From: a virus
Direction: 5' to 3' (one strand)
Virus record (IMG/VR): IMGVR_UViG_3300020578_000011
Length of the DNA: 64,000 nt
Made by a program: the position numbers and the translations under genes. This document shows, one piece after another, positions 50,995 to 60,982 of this stretch (position 1 is the first letter of the stretch; each line of letters begins with the position of its first letter). The notes below the pieces were generated by a model. It saw only the letters and a program-made list of their open reading frames with translations. It was not told the origin of the DNA and did no database searches.

Positions 50995-51209
50995 TTTTTG
51001 CTCCTTGTTAATAACAGTTTTAAATAACTTAGAACAGGCACTAAGGATTTGGCTTGGTCTTTATATTTTGAAGAGCCCATGCTAGACAAACTGTTGATGT
51101 CTTTTTCAAGACGATCAATGGCGGCTTCTAAATCTAAGCAATTAGGAACATCGGATTTATCTATTAAAATATATTCTCCAAGACTTTTGTTTTCAGGTTT
51201 TTGATTCAT
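50991..51209 (-). CDS. Hypothetical protein
   Basis: 72-aa ORF. Confidence 0.5.
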   Translation of the reverse strand: MNQKPENKSLGEYILIDKSDVPNCLDLEAAIDRLEKDINSLSSMGSSKYKDQAKSLVPVLSYLKLLLTRSKK

Positions 51210-51510
51210 ATTCTCTGATACCAGATGGGGTTATTATTGTTATCTTACATCTTTCTACGGGGAGTATTGTCCATTCGTATTCAAGTAAATCTATTTTTCC
51301 ATCTTTAGATGCTTTTTCTAAAGCGAGAAGTAGCTCTTCCTCTTTTTCTCTATTTGAACAGATTTGATTAAATGTAGAATCGGAAAAAACTCCAGAAATT
51401 TTTAATTCATTCGCTATATGAGCAACAGATACTGAATATTTTGTTATATTTTTAATTACTTGTAATTTTCTTAGACTCTTCTTCGAAGGTACGTTTTCCG
51501 TGTGTTCCAT
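51193..51510 (-). CDS. Hypothetical protein
   Basis: ATG after GAGG. Confidence 0.55.
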   Translation of the reverse strand: MEHTENVPSKKSLRKLQVIKNITKYSVSVAHIANELKISGVFSDSTFNQICSNREKEEELLLALEKASKDGKIDLLEYEWTILPVERCKITIITPSGIREYESKT

Positions 51511-51682
51511 AGTCAACCTCTAAACAATAGTTTATACCAGAAAAAGAAGACATGAACCTGATGGCCCATTCTAACGCCTCGTGTTCTTCGTCGAATCTTA
51601 ACTCGGAAAGGCTGAAGCCTTTATCGGAGACGATAGCCCATGTATTTAGGTCCTTTGTCCTTTTTAGGACTATTCGTCTCAT
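51452..51682 (-). CDS. Hypothetical protein
   Basis: ATG after AAGGA. Confidence 0.5.
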   Translation of the reverse strand: MRRIVLKRTKDLNTWAIVSDKGFSLSELRFDEEHEALEWAIRFMSSFSGINYCLEVDYGTHGKRTFEEESKKITSN

Positions 51683-51692
51683 TATGTTTTCC

Positions 51693-52565
51693 TTACAAGT
51701 CGTCTTTGTGACGAAAACCTTCAAAAATTGGAAAACGTGGTCTGTCCAATGCGCCGCATGGTTGATGTCTGTACTTAATTATAGTACCAAGTAAGGTGTC
51801 TTTAGCATTCCAAAAATCAATTCTTTGCCGCTCGGTCAGCCCTGTTGATACTGCAAATTCTATTTTTGTATTAATATCTCTTACCAAAAAGGCGCCAAGC
51901 ATGCCAGATGAAACCATACCATCTAGCGAGGTTGATCTTTTTGTTTTTCCAAAAGCATCCACTTCGATCGGATTTGTATTGTGCATCATTTCTTCTGTTC
52001 CAATTATCTCTGCTTCCGAATCAGTAAATCTTTTTACTTTTAAAAGCAATCCTTCTTTAAAAGAAGATCTACCAAATTTATAATGACCCTTTGGATCTCT
52101 CAACATCAAACCTTCAAAACCTAATTTAAAGCATTCTTCTTCATAGGCAGAGAGTTCTTCGTGACATCTTATTATTTTTTGCTCTACTGCTTTTAATGAA
52201 GGATGTATTTTTGAAATATCATTTAATGAACTGATTCTTTTTGCAAAAGGATCAAGTGGATTTGATATACAATCAAAAACATAATAAGTAAAATCAGGTT
52301 TTCCATCTCTACTCATTATGGCAGAAGATGATTCATTAAAAGAAAAACCAGATACAAGCTCGCCATCTAATGCAAAATCAATTGATAATTTTTCAAGCGT
52401 TTCTCTAATGTGTCGATTTGGTATTGGTTTAAATGTTCTAGAAACTAAAGAATTTGATTGTAAAATAGCTCGTATTCCATCTAATTTTGGACTTGCTATT
52501 AACGGATATTTTAATTTAACAAAATCTTCAACAGCAGAGGCAAGCATTGGACGAGTAATTATCAT
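51693..52565 (-). CDS. ATP-dependent DNA ligase
   Basis: RPMLA, KLDGIR, LDGEL, VFD, EGLMLR, LLKVK, PRFPIF..FR. Confidence 0.95.
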   Translation of the reverse strand: MIITRPMLASAVEDFVKLKYPLIASPKLDGIRAILQSNSLVSRTFKPIPNRHIRETLEKLSIDFALDGELVSGFSFNESSSAIMSRDGKPDFTYYVFDCISNPLDPFAKRISSLNDISKIHPSLKAVEQKIIRCHEELSAYEEECFKLGFEGLMLRDPKGHYKFGRSSFKEGLLLKVKRFTDSEAEIIGTEEMMHNTNPIEVDAFGKTKRSTSLDGMVSSGMLGAFLVRDINTKIEFAVSTGLTERQRIDFWNAKDTLLGTIIKYRHQPCGALDRPRFPIFEGFRHKDDL

Positions 52566-52578
52566 AAAAGCCTCCGTT

Positions 52579-52878
52579 TTATGGACAGTCATTAACCCTT
52601 TTTGATATTTTTTCAAGAATCTTAAAATCACCGGCTCCAGTTGATAGTTCCGTATCCCATTTGTTTTCTAAATACCATCTATAATAATATCTATTATTTG
52701 CTATTTTTTCAATTCTTACTCTATGACGAGACTTTGTCTCGCCATTGGGCAAATCAACAATCATTAAACAATCTCCAACATTGTATTTATGATTATTGTT
52801 AGACGGTGAATTTTTATCAAAATAAACACTAGTTGTCTTGCAACCAGTTAATAGCAAAAACACAAATAAAAAATGCAT
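52579..52878 (-). CDS. Lipoprotein
   Basis: Hydrophobic leader with LTGC lipobox. Confidence 0.65.
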   Translation of the reverse strand: MHFLFVFLLLTGCKTTSVYFDKNSPSNNNHKYNVGDCLMIVDLPNGETKSRHRVRIEKIANNRYYYRWYLENKWDTELSTGAGDFKILEKISKRVNDCP

Positions 52879-52881
52879 GTT

Positions 52882-53262
52882 TTATTTATTTTCCATTAAG
52901 TTTTCTTCTATTGTTTTTGAAAAATCATTAAATAACACAATTTGTCTAGCGTTTTCTATTGCGTTAGAAAGCAATTCTTCTTGAAAGACTGGTTCTTCTT
53001 TAATATCATAAATAGCACGACACAATGCTACTCTAAAATTATTTTGTGAAATTAAAACTTGATCTTGATTTGCTTTTTTATTTTCAGCATCATCTAACAT
53101 CTGTGAATAATCATCACATGCTTTTTTAAGATACGGAGGAACTGTTATATTCCATGTTTTGAAAAAATCAAAAACAACAAAAACATCATCTGAGTCTGTC
53201 AAAACTTCTGCCAATGGCTCGCGTTGAAATTTATTATCATCGTCGTCATAACTAGTGCTCAT
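52882..53262 (-). CDS. Hypothetical protein
   Basis: SD GGAG; TCCGAATCTA at 53291-53300 upstream. Confidence 0.6.
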   Translation of the reverse strand: MSTSYDDDDNKFQREPLAEVLTDSDDVFVVFDFFKTWNITVPPYLKKACDDYSQMLDDAENKKANQDQVLISQNNFRVALCRAIYDIKEEPVFQEELLSNAIENARQIVLFNDFSKTIEENLMENK

Positions 53263-53306
53263 AACAAATCTCCATTGTTGTTAATGATCATAGATTCGGA
53301 TATTGC

Positions 53307-54998
53307 TTAAGAATGACAAGCAACGCATTCTTCGTTGCCCCTTGAAGAGATATCGGCTCTTAATACAGAACTAGAGCGAACATAATATAGTCCATTTAAA
53401 CCTTTTTCATATGCCCTCATGTGAACATCGTGAAAATATTGAGGATCGACGTCTGCTGGGAAAAATAAATTCAAACTCTGACCTTGGCATATATATTTTT
53501 GTCTATCACCAGCAAGATCTATCAATGTGCGTTGATCTATTTCAAATGCTGTTTTAAATACATTTTTTTCATGGTCATTAAGAAAATTTAAATTTCTAAC
53601 AGACCCACCGTCTTCTATTATACTTTTCCATGTTGTATCGTTGTCTTGAGATTTTGATGCAAGAAGAGATTTTAATTGTGGATTAAATTCAATAAATGTC
53701 CCTTTAGATGTTTTCTTTACATATGCATTGGCATTTATAGGTTCTATTCCTGCAGATACATTTCCAGATATTATTGAATTAGATGCGGTTGGTGCAACAG
53801 CTAATAAGTGAGTATTCCTCATACCTGTGTTTTTGCACCATTCAGGTTCTCCATAAACTTTTGCCATATCTTTGCTGGCTCTTAATGCTTCTTGTTTTAA
53901 CCTTTTAAATATTGCTTTATTTAAAATAGAAGCTCTAAATTCATCTATTGCTGTCATTTCTAATTGCAAAAGAGTATGCCAGCCAAGAACTCCTAATCCA
54001 AGTGCTCTTCCTTTTGTAGCATGTCTGACCGCAGCCTCGAATCCAGGTCTATTTTTAGCTTTTTCTATAAATTCATTCATTGCACCTTCAAGAAGCCAAG
54101 TAGAAAGATAAACCGCATCGGTGTCTTTCCATTCATTCCATTTTGCAAGATTCATTGAACTTAAACAGCATACAAAAGTATGATCTGGATCTGTGTGTAA
54201 ATATATCTCATTGCATATATTAGATGTATGTACTTGCAAATTATTTTTTACATATGCTTCTGGTCTGTTTCTGTTAACGTTATCAGTCATAAACCAATAA
54301 GGCTCACCTGTTTCTAGTCTTGTTTTGTACATTTCAAGACAAAAGTCTCTGGTTTTTTCATCGCCAGATTTTAGTTTTTCAAAAAAAGAATCATCAAGAC
54401 AAACGCCATGGTGAAGATTTAGACATTGTCTGTTTACATCTCCCTCTGGTCTTCTCATTCTCATAAAGGAACTAATGTCGCCATGATTCCATGGAATATA
54501 TACTGCAGCAGCTCCTCTTCTCATATTGCCTTGAGACACGCCGATTATTGTTGAATCATATACTTTTGCAAACGGAATAAGACCTTCTGTTGTTCCGCCA
54601 GTAGCTATTTTAGCTCCTGCAGGTCTTATGTCGCCCATGTAGACGCCGACACCTCCACCGTATTTTGATAACATTGCTAATTCATGATTTTTTGTAAATA
54701 TATTATCAGTTGAATCTCCAACATGTATTGAATAACAACTTATAGGAAGACCTCTTTCTGTTCCCATGTTTGAAAAACACGGAGTAGATAAACAAAGCCA
54801 TCCATTCCACATTATGTTAAAAAACTTATTTGCAAAGTCGGGTCTGTCTAATCTATTTGCGGCTGACACTGCTACACGTAGCCACGCAGACTTTGGGGTT
54901 TCATTATCTAACAAATAACCACCGCGCAAGGTTTGAAAGCCAGGTTCTGTCAACCACTGCGGAGCTTCGCCCGCTGCCTTCAACTCTTCTAATTTCAT
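53307..54998 (-). CDS. nrdA: Ribonucleotide reductase class I alpha subunit (compact, no ATP cone)
   Basis: PISC, GGGVG, RRGAAA, SNICNEI, VCCLSS, APTAS, QGQSLN, LYY.R, C-terminal CVAC. Confidence 0.95.
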   Translation of the reverse strand: MKLEELKAAGEAPQWLTEPGFQTLRGGYLLDNETPKSAWLRVAVSAANRLDRPDFANKFFNIMWNGWLCLSTPCFSNMGTERGLPISCYSIHVGDSTDNIFTKNHELAMLSKYGGGVGVYMGDIRPAGAKIATGGTTEGLIPFAKVYDSTIIGVSQGNMRRGAAAVYIPWNHGDISSFMRMRRPEGDVNRQCLNLHHGVCLDDSFFEKLKSGDEKTRDFCLEMYKTRLETGEPYWFMTDNVNRNRPEAYVKNNLQVHTSNICNEIYLHTDPDHTFVCCLSSMNLAKWNEWKDTDAVYLSTWLLEGAMNEFIEKAKNRPGFEAAVRHATKGRALGLGVLGWHTLLQLEMTAIDEFRASILNKAIFKRLKQEALRASKDMAKVYGEPEWCKNTGMRNTHLLAVAPTASNSIISGNVSAGIEPINANAYVKKTSKGTFIEFNPQLKSLLASKSQDNDTTWKSIIEDGGSVRNLNFLNDHEKNVFKTAFEIDQRTLIDLAGDRQKYICQGQSLNLFFPADVDPQYFHDVHMRAYEKGLNGLYYVRSSSVLRADISSRGNEECVACHS

Positions 54999-55987
54999 AC
55001 GTAGGTCCTCTTGTCAAAATTTACAATATCCCATGATATGTGGCCTTTAGAGTAGGCAGTTGGTTTTACTGCAAAAAAATCAGCATGCTCACCACCGCTG
55101 ACCATAATATCGAACCAATTTGTTATGCGATTAACAGATTGCATATCGATATTTTTCCAGTTTCTTTTAAGACCAAGATCTTCTAATTTAGTATTTGCCC
55201 TAAATCGTATATATGTCTTAAGATCTTTAGAAGACAATCCCTCAATCTCTCCATCTGAGAAAACAGAATCTATGTAGTCGTCTTCAAGATCAACTGTTTC
55301 TCTTGCCGAATTTATTATTCTTTGTCTAAGCTCTTCTGTCATTAATTCTGGATGCTCTTCTATTAATTTTCTAAACAACCAACATCCAGCTTCTGAATGA
55401 AGAGACTCGTCTCTAACAGACCATGCTACTATATTAGCAACACCCTTTAATTTGCCAAATCTAGAAAAAGACATTAATACTGCAAAAGAAGAAAAAAGAG
55501 ATACGCCTTCTGTAAAAGCAGAAAACACAGCAAGACTTACTGCTTTATCTTCAAGTGTCTCAGAGCAGGTTAACGTTTCTGCAAGTCTGTGTTTCTTTGC
55601 TCTCATAGCGGGATCATTAAGAAATGCCTCATACTCAGATAGAGGAAGACCTAAACTTTGAGATAAATAATCATATGCCCAAATATGCACAGCTTCCATT
55701 CCGCCGTTTTGACATGCCATTTGTTGTATCTCGGGATGAGGAAACCACTTTGCAACATACCCAGACCAATATTCTTCTGCATCTATTTCTATAGTTGTAA
55801 ACAAACGAAGAATTTTTATTACTGCTTTTTTTTCTGTTTCTGTAAGATTTTGATTATAATCTCTTATGTCCGCAGCCATAGAAACCTCTGTGGGGATCCA
55901 GTGGGCCATTGCTTGTTTTGTAAAATACTCAAACGCTTCTGGATATCTAAATGGACGATATGCTGCCCTTGGTACCGTTAGCATCAT
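54995..55987 (-). CDS. nrdB: Ribonucleotide reductase class I beta subunit
   Basis: W.P.E, EAVH..AY, EG..LFSSF, RDESLH, DFF. Confidence 0.95.
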   Translation of the reverse strand: MMLTVPRAAYRPFRYPEAFEYFTKQAMAHWIPTEVSMAADIRDYNQNLTETEKKAVIKILRLFTTIEIDAEEYWSGYVAKWFPHPEIQQMACQNGGMEAVHIWAYDYLSQSLGLPLSEYEAFLNDPAMRAKKHRLAETLTCSETLEDKAVSLAVFSAFTEGVSLFSSFAVLMSFSRFGKLKGVANIVAWSVRDESLHSEAGCWLFRKLIEEHPELMTEELRQRIINSARETVDLEDDYIDSVFSDGEIEGLSSKDLKTYIRFRANTKLEDLGLKRNWKNIDMQSVNRITNWFDIMVSGGEHADFFAVKPTAYSKGHISWDIVNFDKRTYV

Positions 55988-56219
55988 AGGCCTTTCTTTA
56001 GAGAAGACAATACTCCTAGAGGCAAAACTCTCATGAGAAATCTTCTTTTTTAGTTTATTGTTTTAATGGGATAAAGATTTAAAGCAGCATTTTTATTAAG
56101 ATGGGGATTTGTTGAAAACATTTTTCCTCCTTGCTGCCTATGAATCTAATTGTACCTCTTTTATAGGTTAGACTATGTCTTACAAGGTATAAGATGATTA
56201 AGATTTACTGGAGAATAAA

Positions 56220-56522
56220 ATGCCATTAATAGCAGCAAAACTAAAGTCAGCAATAAAAACAAGAGTTTACAATGCTCTTGAAAAAGAATTTTCAAGTGAT
56301 GCAAAAGACAATCCAAAAGCAAAAGAGTATTGGAAAAAATTAGCTTCTGCAATTTCAGAAATGGCAGAAGACATAGTTGATACATTGCAACAAGATGCAC
56401 AAGTTGCCGCCGGCATACAAGTTGTTGTAAATCCTGGTCAGGTTGTGGCAACGCCAGCTGGTCCTGGTTCTACTTCAACTCCAGGAACAGCCAGCACAAC
56501 CTCACCAGGTAAGATTATTTAA
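56220..56522 (+). CDS. Small putative structural (baseplate/spike-associated) protein
   Basis: LASAI....IV..L...A.V...G...G.G.I pattern; late-type box AGGTATAAG upstream; SD GGAG. Confidence 0.55.
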   Translation: MPLIAAKLKSAIKTRVYNALEKEFSSDAKDNPKAKEYWKKLASAISEMAEDIVDTLQQDAQVAAGIQVVVNPGQVVATPAGPGSTSTPGTASTTSPGKII

Positions 56523-56724
56523 TTCTATAAGAGCGCAAAACTGATTCGTTATTTTTTCTGCGTTCTTCTTGCATTTTCTTTTTCTTTTCTTCAAAAGAAG
56601 AATCAATAATGTTTTTTTCACAATCGCAATCAAAAATAGTATTAAATGAAATTTCTTCTTTTGAAGAAACACTTTCAATATCACCAGAGTTCTTCTTCTT
56701 GAATTCCAGAATCTTCGCTGTCAT
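56515..56724 (-). CDS. Hypothetical protein
   Basis: SD GGAGG. Confidence 0.55.
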   Translation of the reverse strand: MTAKILEFKKKNSGDIESVSSKEEISFNTIFDCDCEKNIIDSSFEEKKKKMQEERRKNNESVLRSYRIK

Positions 56725-56899
56725 TTAAATCTTCCTCCATCGAATCCACCGTGTCCTTTAAATCCCATAAACAATTGGACACCTTAACCATATTGGATTT
56801 CAACTCCCCATCTGCCGATGGGTTGCTTGCAAAAAAATCGGTCATCATTTCTAACATCTTAGATATAAGATAACTTTCTTTTACTTTTTTCATTTCCAT
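56681..56899 (-). CDS. Hypothetical protein
   Basis: 72-aa ORF. Confidence 0.5.
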   Translation of the reverse strand: MEMKKVKESYLISKMLEMMTDFFASNPSADGELKSNMVKVSNCLWDLKDTVDSMEEDLNDSEDSGIQEEELW

Positions 56900-57240
56900 G
56901 CTCTGCCAATAAAAGCATTTGTTTGTCTTTGGTTTTCTAGTTCTAGTTCTTGACTTGTTATTTTTTGTATATCATTACATATTTTTTGTTTATTTTCACC
57001 ATCTAATTTTAAATACATATTTATACAATAATCAATTATCATGCACATATCTGGCGTTAGGACAGTGGATGAAACAACGCCGCAGTCTACAACATGCCAA
57101 TTGTGGCATATTTTTTTACACAAAACTACTGCGGTTCGTCTATTGATTTTATTTGTTAAACTATATTTAATAACAGTTGTCGATAAGACTTCCACTGAAT
57201 GTTCGTCATCTGCAATGCAAACTACGTTTGTAAAATGCAT
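56890..57240 (-). CDS. Hypothetical protein
   Basis: ATG 57240 after GGAGG; TCCGATTCCA at 57267-57276. Confidence 0.55.
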   Translation of the reverse strand: MHFTNVVCIADDEHSVEVLSTTVIKYSLTNKINRRTAVVLCKKICHNWHVVDCGVVSSTVLTPDMCMIIDYCINMYLKLDGENKQKICNDIQKITSQELELENQRQTNAFIGRAWK

Positions 57241-57282
57241 ATAGATATCCTCCAACAAGGATATATTGGAATCGGAAAACAC

Positions 57283-57558
57283 TTACAATGTTTTAGAACT
57301 AAAACCTAAAAACATAAAAAGTCTTTTTAACAAAGAAGGAGGTTCTACTTCAGTTTCGTACATTTTACTTAAATGTTTCAATGAAGCAAGTTCTAATGAA
57401 AGACTAGTTTCAACAAACTCAATCGCACGCGTGTGTTCAACTGAGCCATCGAAATTTGATACCAAAAACTGTAATCTTTCTAAAGTTTCTTTTAAACTTG
57501 ACCTAGAAGAAGAAATTGACTTAAGCAATTCAGATTTGAGAGATACTTTATTTTCCAT
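57283..57558 (-). CDS. Hypothetical protein
   Basis: SD GGAGG. Confidence 0.55.
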   Translation of the reverse strand: MENKVSLKSELLKSISSSRSSLKETLERLQFLVSNFDGSVEHTRAIEFVETSLSLELASLKHLSKMYETEVEPPSLLKRLFMFLGFSSKTL

Positions 57559-57778
57559 CGATATGTCCTCCGTTTTTGATTTGTTTTATGTTTTCATTCA
57601 TAAAATTTGCTTTTGTATAATATGCAATTTGCTTTACTTCACTTTCGCTATAAAAAGAAGGTTGAATCATATGTTTGTTTTTAGACGATTTTTTTGCTTT
57701 AGATGCAACATTATCTATATAGACAATTGCGATCCAATAAAGTACCATAAATAAAAATATATACAACACTATATCCAT
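57548..57778 (-). CDS. Small membrane protein
   Basis: N-terminal TM helix. Confidence 0.55.
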   Translation of the reverse strand: MDIVLYIFLFMVLYWIAIVYIDNVASKAKKSSKNKHMIQPSFYSESEVKQIAYYTKANFMNENIKQIKNGGHIDGK

Positions 57779-58023
57779 TATTTTTTCCTACATTGAATAT
57801 GTCCAAGATACAGGCCTTTATTATCTAATAAAGAAGTAATTGTTTTGTTTTTTTGTGAACAGTTAACTATTATCTTTCCAGATTCACAAGCCAAAATAAC
57901 AATTGGTTTAACTGGTCTAACTTCCACGGTGGGAGAGATACATCTTTCGAGATGAACAGAAACATCTGCAGAATAAGGACTACTCATTGCTATTGTAAAA
58001 GTATGAATTAATGTTGTTATCAT
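57778..58023 (-). CDS. Small, possibly exported, Cys-containing protein
   Basis: Hydrophobic N-terminus; 4 Cys. Confidence 0.5.
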   Translation of the reverse strand: MITTLIHTFTIAMSSPYSADVSVHLERCISPTVEVRPVKPIVILACESGKIIVNCSQKNKTITSLLDNKGLYLGHIQCRKK

Positions 58024-58262
58024 TTTTGTTTTGAAACCTCATTCATTGAAATAGCAAGACTTTTTGCTCCCGCGGCAGCACCTGCAATGTATCTGGGTAT
58101 GCCACCTAACCACATTGCAAAAAGTATACTTGAGTCTATGTTAAACAAAACAAATAAAAGAACGGATAAAAGACCATCTATTAATAGATATTTGCCTAAA
58201 TTATGTAGTATTAAATTTTTCCAAAAACCTATTATTATTTTCTGCAGACCATCTTCATCCAT
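58020..58262 (-). CDS. Small membrane protein
   Basis: Two hydrophobic helices. Confidence 0.55.
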   Translation of the reverse strand: MDEDGLQKIIIGFWKNLILHNLGKYLLIDGLLSVLLFVLFNIDSSILFAMWLGGIPRYIAGAAAGAKSLAISMNEVSKQK

Positions 58263-58556
58263 TTAAGAACCTCTGTTTTGAATTGACAACATTTTTTTAT
58301 TGTTCCAATATTTTGCATTTTTTACTGTTCTAAGAACATCATTTAAATAATTAACAAAAACTTTATTATTATTATCTTTTGCAATAGAAACAATAGCTGA
58401 TATTGATTCTTTATCTCTAAAAGATTTGACAATAAATTTATCATTTATCAATCTAACTTTTAGATTTTCTTTTTGGATCTTTTCAATTTGTTTATTTGAC
58501 AATTCAAACATTTTGTTATTTTTCATAGAAATATCCAAATAACAAATTTTTGTCAT
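58263..58556 (-). CDS. Hypothetical protein
   Basis: SD GGGAG. Confidence 0.5.
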   Translation of the reverse strand: MTKICYLDISMKNNKMFELSNKQIEKIQKENLKVRLINDKFIVKSFRDKESISAIVSIAKDNNNKVFVNYLNDVLRTVKNAKYWNNKKMLSIQNRGS

Positions 58557-59059
58557 TACATTTCTCCCCAAAGAGATATTACATTATTTTTAGAAACACA
58601 TTGTCCATCTTTCATTTTTAATACAGCTGGACCGATTATCGTAATTGGAGCAAGCATAAATAAAACATCATTTACATGAGAGTGTACAGCTATCCAAATT
58701 GGAGTAGAGTTTTCTACTTTATAAGTAAACAAGTTAATTGGATTCTTTACATCAATAAAGACACATTTATTATCCAACATCCTGAGATCTAAGATGTTGC
58801 TTACCAATGAATCATACATAGGCGCACATGATTTGCACATCAAGTACATTGAATTATTAGTAACATCATGACACAATGTTGCTATTTCTAGCACGCATTC
58901 AAACGCGTCCATATAAAGCATCTCTGCTTCTACAGAGGCAATTTGTTCAGTGTTTTTACACACACTTAACAACTCGCCATAGGTTATTGTATCGTTTACA
59001 GATATCACCGTGTGCATTTCGTATTCGTTACTGGATTTATCAATTGCATTTTCGAGCAT
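58556..59059 (-). CDS. Hypothetical protein
   Basis: 167-aa ORF. Confidence 0.55.
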   Translation of the reverse strand: MLENAIDKSSNEYEMHTVISVNDTITYGELLSVCKNTEQIASVEAEMLYMDAFECVLEIATLCHDVTNNSMYLMCKSCAPMYDSLVSNILDLRMLDNKCVFIDVKNPINLFTYKVENSTPIWIAVHSHVNDVLFMLAPITIIGPAVLKMKDGQCVSKNNVISLWGEM

Positions 59060-59244
59060 GTAGTTGTTTCCCTAAGTAGTGTTAATCTTGCATAATTAAT
59101 ATAAGAACAATCTAAAGTAATTGTATTGCACTCATACACAGAGTTTACGCTTTCATCTATTAAAATTAGATGATTTCCACATACTTGTTTTATATAGCAT
59201 AAGCTTAGAAACGAGATGGTTAAATAAATATTTATGTTTTTCAT
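59005..59244 (-). CDS. Small protein with signal-like N-terminus
   Basis: SD GGAG; hydrophobic leader. Confidence 0.45.
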   Translation of the reverse strand: MKNINIYLTISFLSLCYIKQVCGNHLILIDESVNSVYECNTITLDCSYINYARLTLLRETTTCSKMQLINPVTNTKCTR

Positions 59245-59267
59245 TGTTTCTCCATGTATTTTACAAA

Positions 59268-59891
59268 TTATTTTTTCTGACTTAAATCTTTAAAAGTATC
59301 TTCATGAGTTAGAATTAAATCTAAATCATGTTTTTCATTTGGTAATCTTTTAATATCAAAAAGTTTTTTAACTAAAATTTTCCAATAACTACCGTAATCT
59401 TCTTCTTCCATCATGTATGGATTCATAAGATCTAAAGAATTTACTGTAGTATGATCTTGACCAAGTAGACAATGACCAAGTTCATGAAACACCAAACCTT
59501 TCATAGAAAGAGAATCCACATCCGCAAAGCCCTTTAAAATCTGAACTGTTCTAGGAACAGACAGAGTTATTCCATAAAAACATCTTCCAACTACATTTGG
59601 GCTATCATTGAAGGCATCGACATATTCAACTTTATTTAAAGCAAGAAGCCTTTTTTCACATTGAATAGTAAACTCACCGCCAACTAAAGAACACATTGAA
59701 ACGAATTCAACTACGTGTGAATATAATTCTTTATCAACTTTTACATTAGTAAATAAATGATTAATCATTCTTTGTTGAGTGTTTTCTTTATCATATTTTG
59801 TTGAAGGCGGAGGTGATACTGTTTTTTCATCATCCAATGATCCACATGCTGTTAAAAACAAACTTAGAATTATAATTGTTTTTATTTTCAC
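59268..59891 (-). CDS. Lipoprotein zinc metalloprotease (metzincin-like)
   Basis: LTAC lipobox; HELGHCLLGQDH zinc motif; LMNP Met-turn. Confidence 0.85.
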   Translation of the reverse strand: MKIKTIIILSLFLTACGSLDDEKTVSPPPSTKYDKENTQQRMINHLFTNVKVDKELYSHVVEFVSMCSLVGGEFTIQCEKRLLALNKVEYVDAFNDSPNVVGRCFYGITLSVPRTVQILKGFADVDSLSMKGLVFHELGHCLLGQDHTTVNSLDLMNPYMMEEEDYGSYWKILVKKLFDIKRLPNEKHDLDLILTHEDTFKDLSQKK

Positions 59892-59894
59892 AAA

Positions 59895-60281
59895 TTAAAT
59901 CTCCAATAGCTTTTTTTCTAAAACATTATTAATTGCCTGATCAACGTGACATGGGGCAAAGGTTTTGATTTTATTCTTTTTGTCTTTATCTCTCATTGTT
60001 ATAGAAACAGCATATATGGTGTTTTTCCATTCATCAGTGTCTTTCCACCAATTTCTGTAAAAAACATAATTTATTTGCACCGAATTGCCATTGCCAGTCA
60101 GTATTAGTTTTTTAGTAAATGTTCTTTGTTCATACTTTTTTTCTTTCAAATCTGATTTAAAATAAGATACTTTTGCTAATAATTCGTTTAACAAATCTGA
60201 CTCTTTGACTTTTAAAAGTAATGAAATATATTTTACTTCTAAACTGTTTATTTTTATATGACATCTGTGATGTAGTTTCAT
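59895..60281 (-). CDS. Hypothetical protein
   Basis: SD AGAGG; TTCGATTCTA at 60302-60311. Confidence 0.55.
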   Translation of the reverse strand: MKLHHRCHIKINSLEVKYISLLLKVKESDLLNELLAKVSYFKSDLKEKKYEQRTFTKKLILTGNGNSVQINYVFYRNWWKDTDEWKNTIYAVSITMRDKDKKNKIKTFAPCHVDQAINNVLEKKLLEI

Positions 60282-60315
60282 TTTACAACCTCTTTTTCAA
60301 TTAGAATCGAAAAGA

Positions 60316-60513
60316 CTATATTAATTCTATTTGTTTAAGAAGTTTTTTAAGACTTTCAATTGCAGATTCTGGTGATCTTGCAGATATTTGAAAATTTGTT
60401 AATGTTTTTTTATAAGCTGTATAATTAGCACTACATGTTGCAGACGCTATCCACTCATTTGTATCTTCATCAAAGAAAATACTAATACTTATGTCTTCTT
60501 TACTTATTCGCAC
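60316..60513 (-). CDS. Small HicB-N-like hypothetical protein
   Basis: I..DE....W.A......SPE.AI..LK pattern. Confidence 0.4.
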   Translation of the reverse strand: MRISKEDISISIFFDEDTNEWIASATCSANYTAYKKTLTNFQISARSPESAIESLKKLLKQIELI

Positions 60514-60914
60514 TTTATCTCCATAGCGTAACCATTTTCAGTAGTATATGCAAATTTTATTATTCCAAATTTAGACGCAAGATTCTGACAACCGCTGCAT
60601 GGATATGCTATTGCTGGTCGTCCGTCTTTTGATTTTCTATATGTAACCATTATTAATTTTCTTCTATCAGATTCAGATAAATTAAGAAGAAAATTTCTAG
60701 CTTTTGCAATTGCATTTGCTTCAGCGTGCACGGTCACTGGCCTTCCATATATATCATGATTGCACAGTGGGTGAGTTTTTGTTATATTGTTACAGCCAGT
60801 AGATACAAGATGATTTTTAAAAAATAAAGCAGCACCAATTTTATATTGATCGTGTTCAGCTCTTTCGCTGGCATCGATTGCTGGTTTAAACACTCTTGGC
60901 AACAAGTTTTCCAT
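60504..60914 (-). CDS. Cytidine/dCMP deaminase-family protein (second deaminase)
   Basis: IGA.L......G.N..KTHP, HAE..AI, PC..C, YTT..G. Confidence 0.85.
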   Translation of the reverse strand: MENLLPRVFKPAIDASERAEHDQYKIGAALFFKNHLVSTGCNNITKTHPLCNHDIYGRPVTVHAEANAIAKARNFLLNLSESDRRKLIMVTYRKSKDGRPAIAYPCSGCQNLASKFGIIKFAYTTENGYAMEIKCE

Positions 60915-60982
60915 ATCTCCTCCACTCACGCCAAAGCATACTCTTAGTGCCTGATAGTTGGCTTAGCCTACCATCATAAAGA

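Noticed and set aside
53307-55987. Introns or inteins in nrdA/nrdB, ligase or thy genes
   Set aside because: All are continuous and of compact length
56050-56121. 23-codon leader ORF with strong SD upstream of nrdB
   Set aside because: Could be a real small gene, but I found no attenuator or riboswitch structure I can support
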